Positions 48,730 through 61,753 of a stretch of DNA of 61,753 nucleotides are shown here, one piece after another. The stretch covers positions 1 through 61,753 of the forward strand of contig JBLHWZ010000004.1 of assembly GCA_047629415.1 (NCBI GenBank), read 5' to 3'. A model generated the notes under the pieces. That model was given only the letters and a program-made list of their open reading frames with translations. It was not told the DNA's origin and did not search any database. How positions within the stretch are numbered: position 1 is the stretch's first letter; each line of letters begins with the position of its first letter. The DNA is from Bradymonadia bacterium. Its GTDB lineage: Bacteria > Myxococcota_A > Bradymonadia > REDH01. The position numbers were made by a program, and so were the translations under genes.

Positions 48730-50019
48730 CTATTCGCGTGTCACGAATGGAGTCGCGACCACGGCGCCGTGTCCGGTGGGCTCATCCGCAGGCGCCAACC
48801 GGACGTAGAGACCGGCGGGCTCCCCACCGATCAAGTACACACCGTAGTTTGCGACGCCTCGGCCTTCGACATCTTTAGGCATAAAACGTCGCTGCAGAAT
48901 CCATCGATCTTCGATGGCGCCATCGATCTCGCCCGCCCAATCGGCTTCACTCACGTGAGCACCGACGAACACTTCTTCGCCTTCACAGCCGAAGTCGCTC
49001 TTCAGCACCCATTCCGACTGCTGTGATTTTGCTGCCTCTTTCCCGACCGTGCGTAAGAGGCGAGTCTCTGGAACGAAGCGCCGAATGGACTCCTGGCTCT
49101 CGACGGAGAATCGGTCAAACTCCTCCCAGAAGAACGCCATCGAGCGCTTGTCTTGGGCCATCATCGAGCCGAACGGGTTGATGACGAGCAGCTTGCCCGC
49201 GCGTTCTGCATCCATCAGCCAGATCGCCTCGTCCAGCGGGTCTGGATCGAGGTACGGCCCTTCGTCAGTTCGGCCCTGAATGCGTTCGCCCCACCAGTCG
49301 GTTTTGTAGTGGCGCATGACGACATCGACGGGGGCGCCCATTAGGCTGATCCCGCCGTCGCGGCGCCGCTCCACGTTGTAGGGAGAGCCGAGCACAACGT
49401 CCCACCCGCGTGCGCGGAACCACTCTGAGTAGAGCTGTATGAGGGCCATGTCCTCGGGCAAGTCGGTTGGGTAGATGATGCCGACACGCCTCGGCGGTCG
49501 GTCCTCCACTTGAGCTGCGAACCACTTCTCGATGAGGTCGCAGAGCATCGTCCCGTACTCACCGTTTGGGTCGGACGCGCAGTCTACCTTTGGGGCGAGG
49601 ACGCGGCTGCAAGCGACGATGTCGCTCTGCCCGCTGGGGGTGTCAGCGTTGATTTCGCACATCACGAAACCGCCGTCACAATCGAAAACATCGAGCCGCG
49701 CGAAGCCGTGCCACATGCCGGCCGAACCGAGCCACATCGCCCGCTGAAACCGGGTCAGCGCGTAGAACGAATCGAGTACCTCGGGCGCGTCCCACACAAC
49801 CTGGGCGAGCTCATCGTAGAGGGCTCCAATACGGCGAGACACGTCGTACATTTCGGCAACGAACAGCTTCGGAAAGATGAGGGGCTCTGCGAGAAATCGG
49901 GGGCGGCCGTAAACAAAAGGATCGCAGACCAAGCAAGTGTCCTGAAGCCGATCTCCCATCTCTCGAGCCGGCATGACGGCTGAGACGAAGGTAGGGCCTG
50001 TGTTCGCGCGCTTCGTCAT
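48730..50019 (-). CDS. Glutathionylspermidine synthase-family ATP-grasp ligase
   Basis: FARLD, CEINADTPSG, QDKRSMA, WVLKSDFGCEGEEV, ILQR, YGVYLIGGEPAG. Confidence 0.85.
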   Translation of the reverse strand: MTKRANTGPTFVSAVMPAREMGDRLQDTCLVCDPFVYGRPRFLAEPLIFPKLFVAEMYDVSRRIGALYDELAQVVWDAPEVLDSFYALTRFQRAMWLGSAGMWHGFARLDVFDCDGGFVMCEINADTPSGQSDIVACSRVLAPKVDCASDPNGEYGTMLCDLIEKWFAAQVEDRPPRRVGIIYPTDLPEDMALIQLYSEWFRARGWDVVLGSPYNVERRRDGGISLMGAPVDVVMRHYKTDWWGERIQGRTDEGPYLDPDPLDEAIWLMDAERAGKLLVINPFGSMMAQDKRSMAFFWEEFDRFSVESQESIRRFVPETRLLRTVGKEAAKSQQSEWVLKSDFGCEGEEVFVGAHVSEADWAGEIDGAIEDRWILQRRFMPKDVEGRGVANYGVYLIGGEPAGLYVRLAPADEPTGHGAVVATPFVTRE

Positions 50020-50131
50020 ATCCTCTCTGGAATTCAACACACAGGTCCGAGAAACGGGGTGGATTGCTTTGCGTTGAGTAGCCTGTGCGCTAAGCTACAG
50101 CGTCTATGTCTGCCTTGTCATCCGTCACCGA

Positions 50132-53754
<3,623 letters not shown>

Positions 53755-53758
<4 letters not shown>

Positions 53759-54897
53759 TTCGCAGCGCCGCGGTCGCGGCACTTCTTGTCCTGACTTTCG
53801 CCGCGCCTGCGCGGAGCGCGGAGACCACGTTCTCCGGGTCTGTGTTCGTCGACATGACGGCTGTGCCTGCCGCGGCGGGCAACGCTGCTCTCATGCTCGC
53901 GCTCGACGTAGAAGGGCTGGCGAGGGACTCAAAGTTCGCCGCCGTGTTGGATACCGACACGCTCCGCCTCTCCTACGAGAACCTCCGTCTCGCCGAGCGG
54001 GTTTGGTTCGGTGTCTACGGGGAGGGCGAGGTCATCTTCGCAGCGTTACTTCCCAACTACTTCCAGAACGGCGAACTGATCCCCGAGCGGGGCTTCTCCG
54101 CGGCGTATCTCGGGGGTGGCCTCGACCTGACCCTGTCCCCACACCCCGAACATTGGATCCGCGTCGGTGTCGCGGCGCGCAATTGGTTCTTCAGTGAAAA
54201 CGCGAACACGTCCGATGCGCTGACGCTGCCGCCAAACCAGCTCATCACGACGCCCTCGCTTGGCTACACGTACTGGGGCTTCCGCGAAGCGTCGGACTTC
54301 AGCGAGCGTCAACGCGTCTTTCCCAGGGTTCTTGGTGCAGCGTTCGGACTTCAAGCCAGCGTGCTGCTCCGGGGCGATGACTCCGCTTGGGGCGCGACGG
54401 ATAGCAGCTTCGAGCCGGTTGACACCCGCAACGACCCTGATGGGCAGAGCATCCGCCTGCGCGCCTGGTTTCTGGGGGGCACGTGGATCACGAACGGGAT
54501 CCGCTGGCAGTTCGACCATCGGGCCGCATTCGGGATCGGAGAAGACGACCTCTCGCGGGATCCAGTCGGCGCCACGAACCGCTACGTCACGCCGATCGCA
54601 GGTATGCCCTGGGCTGCGCTTCTGTCGGAACGCTACGTGAGCGGCCAGTGGAGCTGGCACGCGCCATTCACGCGGTCGCATGAGGCAGGCGTAATGCTCG
54701 GCGGTGCGTACGTGGATGACCTTGAGCGAACAGGCGATTCCAGCTCCGGTGCCGTGTTCGGGGGAGGCGGGTTCGTCGACCTCCGTTTCGGAGATTGGCA
54801 AGTCGACGCCCGCGTCGGATGGACACCAACGCTGAGCACCGGAGAGGACAGCGCAAACGGCGTCTCGTTCGCATTCGGCGCTGGTTGGGGCGGCTAG
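53755..54897 (+). CDS. Putative outer-membrane beta-barrel protein
   Basis: Signal peptide (PARS-A), alternating aromatic/Gly strands, C-terminal FAFGAGW; ATGA overlap. Confidence 0.7.
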
Positions 54898-54973
54898 CCG
54901 GACTCCGCGCCGCGGACTCTCTCTGTTGGCGTAATCTCGGTGGTCCGACGTCTTGAGCTGCGGACTTGTCGCG

Positions 54974-56038
54974 TCAGTAGCCCTCTCCAATCCAAACGTC
55001 GGAGCCGTACTGATCGCGAAGCGTTCCGACTCGGACCAAGAGCAGCTTCCGTCGACCCCAGAATTCATCGAAGAGCGCCTTTTCCTCCGGATGGCGCTCA
55101 GTCGGGGGGAAGAGTTCGGCGAAAGTCGCGTCGGCGTCCAACTCACGGACAGCGTGGATCGTCTCGAAGGAGAAACGCTCGATCTGGTCGAAGTTTCGTT
55201 GCACAGTACGGTTTGGGGAGGTGCGGTTCACTGTGAATCCAGCTCCGTTGTCGATGGAGATGAAGTGCCCGTCGTTCCATTGGCAATTTACCCCCGGGTA
55301 AACTCTCGAATACCGGTCCCAGTTGTTGGAGAGGTAGTCGAACACGTGCAGATCGGAGATCTGAGTAGCGAGCTGGTCTGAGGTCAGCGAGGCGTCGCCG
55401 GGGCTCAGTTGGTCGCGAGGAATGTCGATCAGATCGGAGATGAGTTGGGCGATGTCTGCAGGCTGGGTGGCTCCGACCGTGACTAGCGGTGTCCAAGCGC
55501 TCCGGGTCTCAATCTCGAACTCGTCGAACTCGGGTACCCAGTCATTTGCCGTCCCGTAGACGTAGATCTCGCCTTCTTCTTGTGAGTATACGAGCTCGCT
55601 GCGGACCGAGTCGAACGTGTCGGCACCGAGCATCCGGCGCATGTCGTCCGCAAGAATGCGGACCTCGCGATTGCGTGGAATCTCGAAGGCACAACCGATG
55701 AGATCGCAGAGTCGGTCGCCGGCGATTTCGCCCCGGTAGCTGGTCTGCATTCGCGTCTGCGCGGGTTTGAAGGCCGCGATCGTCTGGTCGAGTTCGATGA
55801 ACCGAAAGACGAGAGACGAGCCTCCGCCAAGTCTGCGTACATCATCGACTCGCAGTCGCTCATTCACCGTGAGTGGGCCTCGGGGCACCGTTGGAACGAA
55901 CTCCAGGCCCATACTCTCGTAGTGCTCAATCGTGGGGGCAACGACGGCCAGGAGTGAATCATCTGCCTGGGCGGCTCGCGACAAACCGCAGAGTACTGAG
56001 AGCAGGGAGAGAAGGGCGACCGGAGCGTGGCGGAACAT
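54974..56038 (-). CDS. Secreted atypical kinase-like protein (four-jointed/Fam20/FAM198-like)
   Basis: Signal peptide ending AAQA; GGGSS loop, AAFKP, GEIA, FDYLSNNWDR, FISIDNGAGF. Confidence 0.7.
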   Translation of the reverse strand: MFRHAPVALLSLLSVLCGLSRAAQADDSLLAVVAPTIEHYESMGLEFVPTVPRGPLTVNERLRVDDVRRLGGGSSLVFRFIELDQTIAAFKPAQTRMQTSYRGEIAGDRLCDLIGCAFEIPRNREVRILADDMRRMLGADTFDSVRSELVYSQEEGEIYVYGTANDWVPEFDEFEIETRSAWTPLVTVGATQPADIAQLISDLIDIPRDQLSPGDASLTSDQLATQISDLHVFDYLSNNWDRYSRVYPGVNCQWNDGHFISIDNGAGFTVNRTSPNRTVQRNFDQIERFSFETIHAVRELDADATFAELFPPTERHPEEKALFDEFWGRRKLLLVRVGTLRDQYGSDVWIGEGY

Positions 56039-56207
56039 AACGAGTACCTCGTGCTTATGGGTGACGAGGAGCAGTGTGGTGGCCAGCGGTGCATGTCGTA
56101 GGGAGGCCTCGCGCGTATTGTGTGCAAAGCGTGTGCAATGATGCGGAGGCTGAGGGAACGGGGAGTCTTTGATGGCCTCCAACGCCGCGCTTTGTTAGTG
56201 GAACCTC

Positions 56208-57257
56208 ATGCCGATTCGACCGCCATTTCTCAGCCTCTCCATCGCGGAGACCGAGCAGGTTTTGGTGGAGCTCGGGACCTCGCCAAGACACGCCAAACCT
56301 CTGCGCCGTGCGCTGCTCTTCGGCGAATCGCTGCGGGAGACGCGGGCACCTGATTGGGTTGTCGATGCGCTCGCCGAGCGAGTCCGATGGATCAGCTGTG
56401 AGAGCGTGGAGCAGCTGACGTCCGAGGACGGATCGGTGAAACACGTCGTCCAGCTGGAGGACGGCAGAATGGTTGAGACCGTTCATCTACCCGGGGCGTT
56501 GGCCGGGGCTCCGTCGGCTTGCATCTCGTCGCAGGTCGGCTGCGCGATGGCGTGTCGATTCTGTGCGACAGGGCTCGATAAAGTCGCGCGCAACCTCGCT
56601 GCACACGAGATCCTGGAACAGGTGGTTCTTGTTCGTCGACTGGCGCCCGTGCGCCGTCTCGTGTTCATGGGAGCGGGCGAGCCGACTCAGAACCTGCGGA
56701 ACGTCGCGGCGGCGTTGGAGGTGCTTCGCGACGAGGCCGAGATTGGTCCAAAGAAGATCATGATCAGCACGGTCGGTCCTGCCTCTGCAGTTGATCGGCT
56801 GACCTCGTTAGGGCTGCGTTTCACACTCGCTCTCTCTCTGCATACGGCCAACCATGCCAAGCGCGCTGCACTGATCCCCACGCAGAAAAAGGTCGATCCG
56901 ATCGAGCTGCTGGACGCCGCTGATCGATTCAGCAGGCAGACTCGCCGCGCTTATCAGGTCGAGTATGTCCTGCTCGGCGGCGTCAACGACTCACCCGAGG
57001 ACGCGAAAGAGCTCGCGGCAGCACTGAAAGGGCGACGCCTTCATGTCTCTGTCATTCGCTGGAACCCGGTCGACGGCATGGAGTTCCGGACGCCTTCGAT
57101 GGAGGCTGCCCGGGTCTTTGTTACGGTGCTTCACGCTGCCGATATCTCCGCTCAGTTGCGGCGTACCGTTGGCCAGGAGTCGGCGGCGGCCTGTGGGCAG
57201 CTGCGAGCGAATCGGGTCAGTCGAGACGATGAGGAGCTGGGTCGCGAGCGGGTTTAG
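56208..57257 (+). CDS. RlmN/Cfr-family radical SAM RNA methyltransferase (probable paralog)
   Basis: VETV, CISSQVGCAMACRFC, FMGAGEP, ISTVG, LSLH, EYVLL.GVND, AACGQL. Confidence 0.88.
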   Translation: MPIRPPFLSLSIAETEQVLVELGTSPRHAKPLRRALLFGESLRETRAPDWVVDALAERVRWISCESVEQLTSEDGSVKHVVQLEDGRMVETVHLPGALAGAPSACISSQVGCAMACRFCATGLDKVARNLAAHEILEQVVLVRRLAPVRRLVFMGAGEPTQNLRNVAAALEVLRDEAEIGPKKIMISTVGPASAVDRLTSLGLRFTLALSLHTANHAKRAALIPTQKKVDPIELLDAADRFSRQTRRAYQVEYVLLGGVNDSPEDAKELAAALKGRRLHVSVIRWNPVDGMEFRTPSMEAARVFVTVLHAADISAQLRRTVGQESAAACGQLRANRVSRDDEELGRERV

Positions 57258-57275
57258 CGTCGGCGCTGCCGGCGT

Positions 57276-57968
57276 CTAGTAACCCCGCGTCGCGAACACG
57301 AGCTCTGCAGCGGCCACCGAGGATACCTCCTCGATAGCCGTGTAGACTCTGGCTCGGAGCTCACCGTCGGGCATTGTGGCAAGCGTCGCAAGGTTGATGG
57401 CGCGAGCGCTCATGAGGTCGTCCAGGTTGTTCGGGTCCCAGGGCTCAACCAGCTCGTCGAGGTAGAGCAGCGGTACCTCGTGGTCGGTGTATTCGCGATA
57501 GATCAACGTCCCGTCGCCGACATAGACTCCTTCTACCTTCACGTTGGCCTGCATCAGCGGCCAACCCCAGTCGTCGATCGTGATTTCGATGTCGTTCACG
57601 TCGATGGTGAACGCGGCGTCGTGGTAGGCGCCAACATTCGCGACGGTCCACCCGAGGGCTCGCGCTGCTTCGGCCTGGAAGACGTCGACCGAGGTGAGGC
57701 CCATTTCACTCTCCACGATACGCGAGCCGATTCTCTCCGCGAAGCGCTGGATCAGTACGTCCTGGGTCGGGTCGATGACCGGCATAAGCTCGCCGTTTAC
57801 TCCGACTGCCATCGGCTCAGCGACTGCAATTTCGATGTCGCCCGTGACGGTCGCCTCCATGTGCACCGTCATGATCGACGAAGCGTACATCGGCATGTGA
57901 TTCACCTCGCATGCGCCAAGAAGGAGCATGGGGAGGAGGGCGAGCATTGGGAGGCGGTTGGAGGTCAT
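57276..57968 (-). CDS. Hypothetical lipoprotein
   Basis: MLLLGAC lipobox; 230 aa. Confidence 0.75.
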   Translation of the reverse strand: MTSNRLPMLALLPMLLLGACEVNHMPMYASSIMTVHMEATVTGDIEIAVAEPMAVGVNGELMPVIDPTQDVLIQRFAERIGSRIVESEMGLTSVDVFQAEAARALGWTVANVGAYHDAAFTIDVNDIEITIDDWGWPLMQANVKVEGVYVGDGTLIYREYTDHEVPLLYLDELVEPWDPNNLDDLMSARAINLATLATMPDGELRARVYTAIEEVSSVAAAELVFATRGY

Positions 57969-58126
57969 CGTACGTCGTGTGCGTTGGCGGTGTGTAAGAG
58001 ACGGTGGAGAGGCAGTGTTATTCAGGCTCGGAGGGATCTTCTTGCGAGAAAGTGCGCGCCCTCTCTGTTGGAGCAGTGTGCGAACAACACTTGCCTCCGA
58101 TTCGGCACCCTGCTGAGACGATACCT

Positions 58127-59251
58127 ATGAAGAAAGCACCCCTGATTTTCTCGGCCCTGAGCCTCGTCCTCTTCGCGTGTGGCACCAGCCCTGGAGAGGA
58201 CGAAGACGTCGAACTCGACGCCGACGTGGCCACTGATGGCGAGCTCGACACGGTCGAGGACGTTGTCGCTGAGGACGTTGTCGTCGAGGATGCTGTCGTC
58301 GAGGACGCTGAGCCCGAGATTGGTCCTGCGGACGTCTCGCTCGCAGACACCGCGCCCAGCGACGTGGAGCCTGCCGATACTAGGGATACGAGCGATGTCG
58401 GGTGCCCGGATGGGCCTGAGTGGCAATACGAGTCCGACGAACCGGCTAGTTGCGCGGAGATTGGTCTCACCTGCGAATTCCCCGGCAACAACTTCGCGAA
58501 TGAGTGCGGGTGCGGCTGCTTCTTCCCCCGCACGCCTGACTGCTCCTTCGACGAGCTCGGACCGCTCTACCAAGAAGCGGGGTCGAGCCCGGCGGATTGT
58601 GCCGCGATCTTCTTCGTCTGCGAGGACGGCGGAGAAGCTGTGCAGGACGACTGCGGTTGTGGCTGCGTCTACGGGCCCCCGATCTGCCTGGACCCGGACG
58701 CGGTGGGCGTGAGCTACGTCGGCCAGTCGCCTCAGGAGTGCGAGCTGATCGATTTCGAGTGTGGCTCCGCTCGCTACTTCAACAATCCATGCGGCTGCGG
58801 TTGCATTGTTGAGGCCTGCCCCACCGGTCCGGCGGTCGACTACGCGGCGACGTCGGCCGATGACTGTGCGGAAATCGACTTCGGTTGTCCGGATGGCTGG
58901 ACCGGTTTTGACGCAGGCGAGTGCGGCTGCGGCTGCGAGATCGCCTCCTGCGAGACGGGAGAGTTCCTTCCGCCTTCTGGGCTCGCGAGCAACATTGAGC
59001 TTGGCGGGTTCTGCGATTTCCTCGTCGCTTGCTCTCAGTTCTCGCTGGGAGACGGGGGCATGTCTGACCCCTTCAACTCCTTCTACCCCGATGCCCGTTG
59101 CCGCGAAGGAACGTCGTCTGGGTGCCCGGCGGGTACCGAGTCGGTCTGTGAGATTCCGCTAATGGAGCTTGGTCCCGATGACTTAGCGAACGCCTGCGCG
59201 ATCACTCAGGGAGAAGCGACCACCGGCATGCTCTGCTCGGGGGATCGGTGA
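58127..59251 (+). CDS. Cys-rich lipoprotein with four CxxIxxxC...CGCGC modules
   Basis: MKKAPLIFSALSLVLFAC lipobox; acidic linker; four CGCGC motifs. Confidence 0.85.
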   Translation: MKKAPLIFSALSLVLFACGTSPGEDEDVELDADVATDGELDTVEDVVAEDVVVEDAVVEDAEPEIGPADVSLADTAPSDVEPADTRDTSDVGCPDGPEWQYESDEPASCAEIGLTCEFPGNNFANECGCGCFFPRTPDCSFDELGPLYQEAGSSPADCAAIFFVCEDGGEAVQDDCGCGCVYGPPICLDPDAVGVSYVGQSPQECELIDFECGSARYFNNPCGCGCIVEACPTGPAVDYAATSADDCAEIDFGCPDGWTGFDAGECGCGCEIASCETGEFLPPSGLASNIELGGFCDFLVACSQFSLGDGGMSDPFNSFYPDARCREGTSSGCPAGTESVCEIPLMELGPDDLANACAITQGEATTGMLCSGDR

Positions 59252-59258
59252 CGCACCA

Positions 59259-59940
59259 ATGAGGAGCCACTCTTGGCCTTGGTCTTAGCCGCTCACCTGC
59301 GGGACCGACCCCGCGGTCGAGGCTGGCTCCGCCGCCGCCACGCTTCGCGATCTCGCTGATACGGCCGAGCACATTCCGGTCGCGCCAGACACTACGATTG
59401 AGGTCGGAGAGCCTGACGTTCCTCCTGAGTTGGAGTGTCGAGCAGGTTCCGCGACGACCGGCTTCGGTGTCGAGCTCGCTATCGAGCGGAAGCGTTGTGT
59501 GTTTTCGATGACCGAGTTGGCGGAGGTGGTCTCACTCCCGTACACGATTCGAATCGAGGCCAGCGACATCCCACTATGGAGCCGCTCACTCGATGCAGGT
59601 GGCTGCGATGCAGGTGGCTGCGATGCAGGTGGCTGCGAGCGGTCTCAAAACGCTAGAACGCGTGCGGGGTGCCGATCAGTTTTGGTGCATCTGCGACGAG
59701 GGACTGTGTTTCGAAACTCCGCCTGAGTTCGTGCTGATCGAGCCCGGCGTCTTTGAAGAGTCGATCGAGCGGAAATGCCGCAACTGGTTCGGTCCGTCCG
59801 ACTTCGGGCATCTCGTTTGTGATCCGTTTTCACTGGGAGAGTATCTCTTCACGGTTCAGGCCGCCGGGCAGTACCCGGAAGGAGACCGTGCGCTTGATTG
59901 GGATCTCACCACGACCGCCCCGATCTACGTGATCCAGTAG
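59259..59940 (+). pseudogene. Frameshifted secreted protein with an internal 15-bp triplication
   Basis: Signal-like LLALVLAA, then CGTDP...DAGGC x3, then FWCICDEGLC...RNWFGPSD, each in a different frame. Confidence 0.6.
59591..59635. repeat. 15-bp tandem repeat, 3 copies (CGATGCAGGTGGCTG)
   Basis: Perfect copies at 59591, 59606 and 59621. Confidence 0.92.
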
Positions 59941-59946
59941 GCTCCG

Positions 59947-61589
59947 CTAGAAAGCGATATCGCACTCGGCGAGGCCGTCGTTGCAGGCGCCGGCCTTCAT
60001 CTGCGGGAGCACGCACTCGAGCAGTGTTGAGAACTCGTCCTTGCAGCTCGACGTGTTGCAACCGTACTCGTCGTCGCAGTTATCATCACACTCGATGAAT
60101 GGCACCGCGGCATCGATGCAGTGGTTGCGAACGCAGGGCTCGATCTCGTCGAACACGCAGCTGATGCAATCAAATCCGCCGGTGAACGCGCAGGTCATGA
60201 AGCAGGCCGCGTCATCGTCCTCGCACTCCTGGACACACGTCTCGAACCCACCGCAGAGTCCACCATTGGAGGGGTGGGCGGGGACAGAAACCAACATGAA
60301 AATGATGCACATCTCGTCGAAGGTGCCCTCGCCCCACTGAACGTCTCGCGGCTCCAGGATCTCCCCATTTACGACCGCCTGATTCGCTGCACTGTTGTCG
60401 TAAATGCACTCGATACGGAACTGCTCGCCAGCGCTCACGGGCATCGTGTCTGCCTCGTGGAACCAGTAGAATTGCTGCCAGTTGAAGTCCCACTTGGGGA
60501 TTTCGAAGATCTGCATGTCTGAGACGGTTTCTGTCGTCAGGAACCCGCGGATCTCGTGTCCGAGCGTGTGCATATGCGGTACGACACCGATGACATCGGC
60601 GTCGAAGGGAATCGCAGCCGGCTGTCCCTCGACGATGCGCGATTCGCCGGCGGCGATGTTGAGGCTGAAATCGTAGAAGGGCACGACAAGAATGAGGCGT
60701 TCGGGCTGCTCATCGGTCGTCCATAGCGCGACCTGAGTAGTGTCCGGCGGTGGCGTCCCGGTTGTCTGCGACGTGTTGTAGTGAACCTGCATCACGAGGC
60801 GCGCGCCGGCCGGAATTCGCATCGCCATGCCGTCCGGGAACTGCTCGGGGTTTGCGCCTGGCACCCAAGCGGCGATCATCTGATCCTGTCCAACTCGCGA
60901 GCCGCCGTAGCAGGTGTAGCCGGGGCCTTCCTCTTGAGCTTCGAGAGACTCCATCTGCGCGATGTCGCCCTCGGGCACGAGGTAGAGGATGACGTGATGA
61001 ACGACGTCTCGAGCGCCAGGAATCACGTCGTATCCAGTGACCAACGTCTCCTCTTCGAAGACCATGGGGAAACTGAGGCAACGGTAGTCGTCCGGGCGCT
61101 CCGGGTCGGCCACATAGGGTACTTCCGGCTCCAGGAAGATATCGGGCGCCCGTAGCTCGGTGCCGTCGTCGACGGGCGGGGTATAAGCGCTCGGGTCGCC
61201 GAGCTCGAATCCGTTGGCCGCCCACGCCTCGAATGTGGCCACGTCGGAGTCGTTCAACCGGCGCGACCGGAGGATCTCAAGGCCATTTTCTGATGGCATC
61301 CAAGGTGGCATGCGCCGGTAGCTGACGGAATCGACGATCGCTCCGGACCAGTCTGAGATTGTGTCGGGATCGTCGAGCGGGAATGGACCAATTCCCCCGG
61401 CACTATGACAGCCGAGGCAGTTCTCATCGATCAACGAGCGGATCTCCCCGTAGTAGGTGGCACCGTCGGTCGTGGGAGTGTCTGGCCACTATCTACGCCG
61501 CCATCGGGAGTCACCGTCGGGGTGGGCGTATCGGTACCACAGGCTGCGAGTAGAGCCAGAGCGACAGCACTTAGAAAGACGCGGTTCAT
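59947..61589 (-). CDS. Lipoprotein copper type II (PHM/DBH-like) monooxygenase with N-terminal heme c motif; 1-nt frameshift near 61485
   Basis: MNRVFLSAVALALLAAC at ATG 61589 is one base out of frame with TYYGEIRSLIDENCLGCH. Cu ligands VVHHVIL, MQVHY, PHMH, DEMC; Cys-rich tail. Confidence 0.82.
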
Positions 61590-61753
61590 TGGCCTCGAGT
61601 GGGCAAAAGAGCGAGCTGATAGCTATCAGAAAGGGGTGGGCGACGCGATATCAGTCGGTCTGGTACGCCTGTTTTGTGCGGAGCGGCGCGTTCTCGACAG
61701 ATGGAGTGCGGCGACCACTCTCGACGGCGATCCTGGGCCACCTTCGACCGTGG

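Overview
GC-rich bacterial chromosomal window. The MYXO-CTERM sorting signal and many Cys/Asp-rich lipoproteins suggest Myxococcota/Bradymonadia (inference). Intact housekeeping-type genes include an ECF42 sigma factor with its DGPF/YciI partner and a matching promoter, an SSADH-family aldehyde dehydrogenase, a deoxynucleoside kinase, ppk1, recQ and an RlmN-family enzyme. The accessory genes include many decayed pseudogenes. Two candidate undescribed systems stand out. (1) A ~10 kb co-oriented, largely translationally coupled cluster (14575-24357): lid-less Hsp70, two single-domain response regulators, a TelA-like coiled-coil protein, an unknown protein, a GHKL/Hsp90-like ATPase with intact motifs and a degenerate Hsp90-like partner, divergent from a PAS histidine kinase. 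(2) A putative lipid-tailoring operon (39867-44572): small GMC partner, sulfotransferase, and an HpnO-like aminotransferase fused to a GMC oxidoreductase. The fusion linker carries an A10 slippery run with stops close behind in both alternative frames. Also present: a 17-Kazal-domain protein controlled via a palindrome pair, a secreted four-jointed/Fam20-like kinase, a heme c-fused copper monooxygenase, and tandem repeats between convergent genes. No rRNA, tRNA, CRISPR array or intact mobile element was seen. All family assignments come from motif recognition by eye, not database searches.
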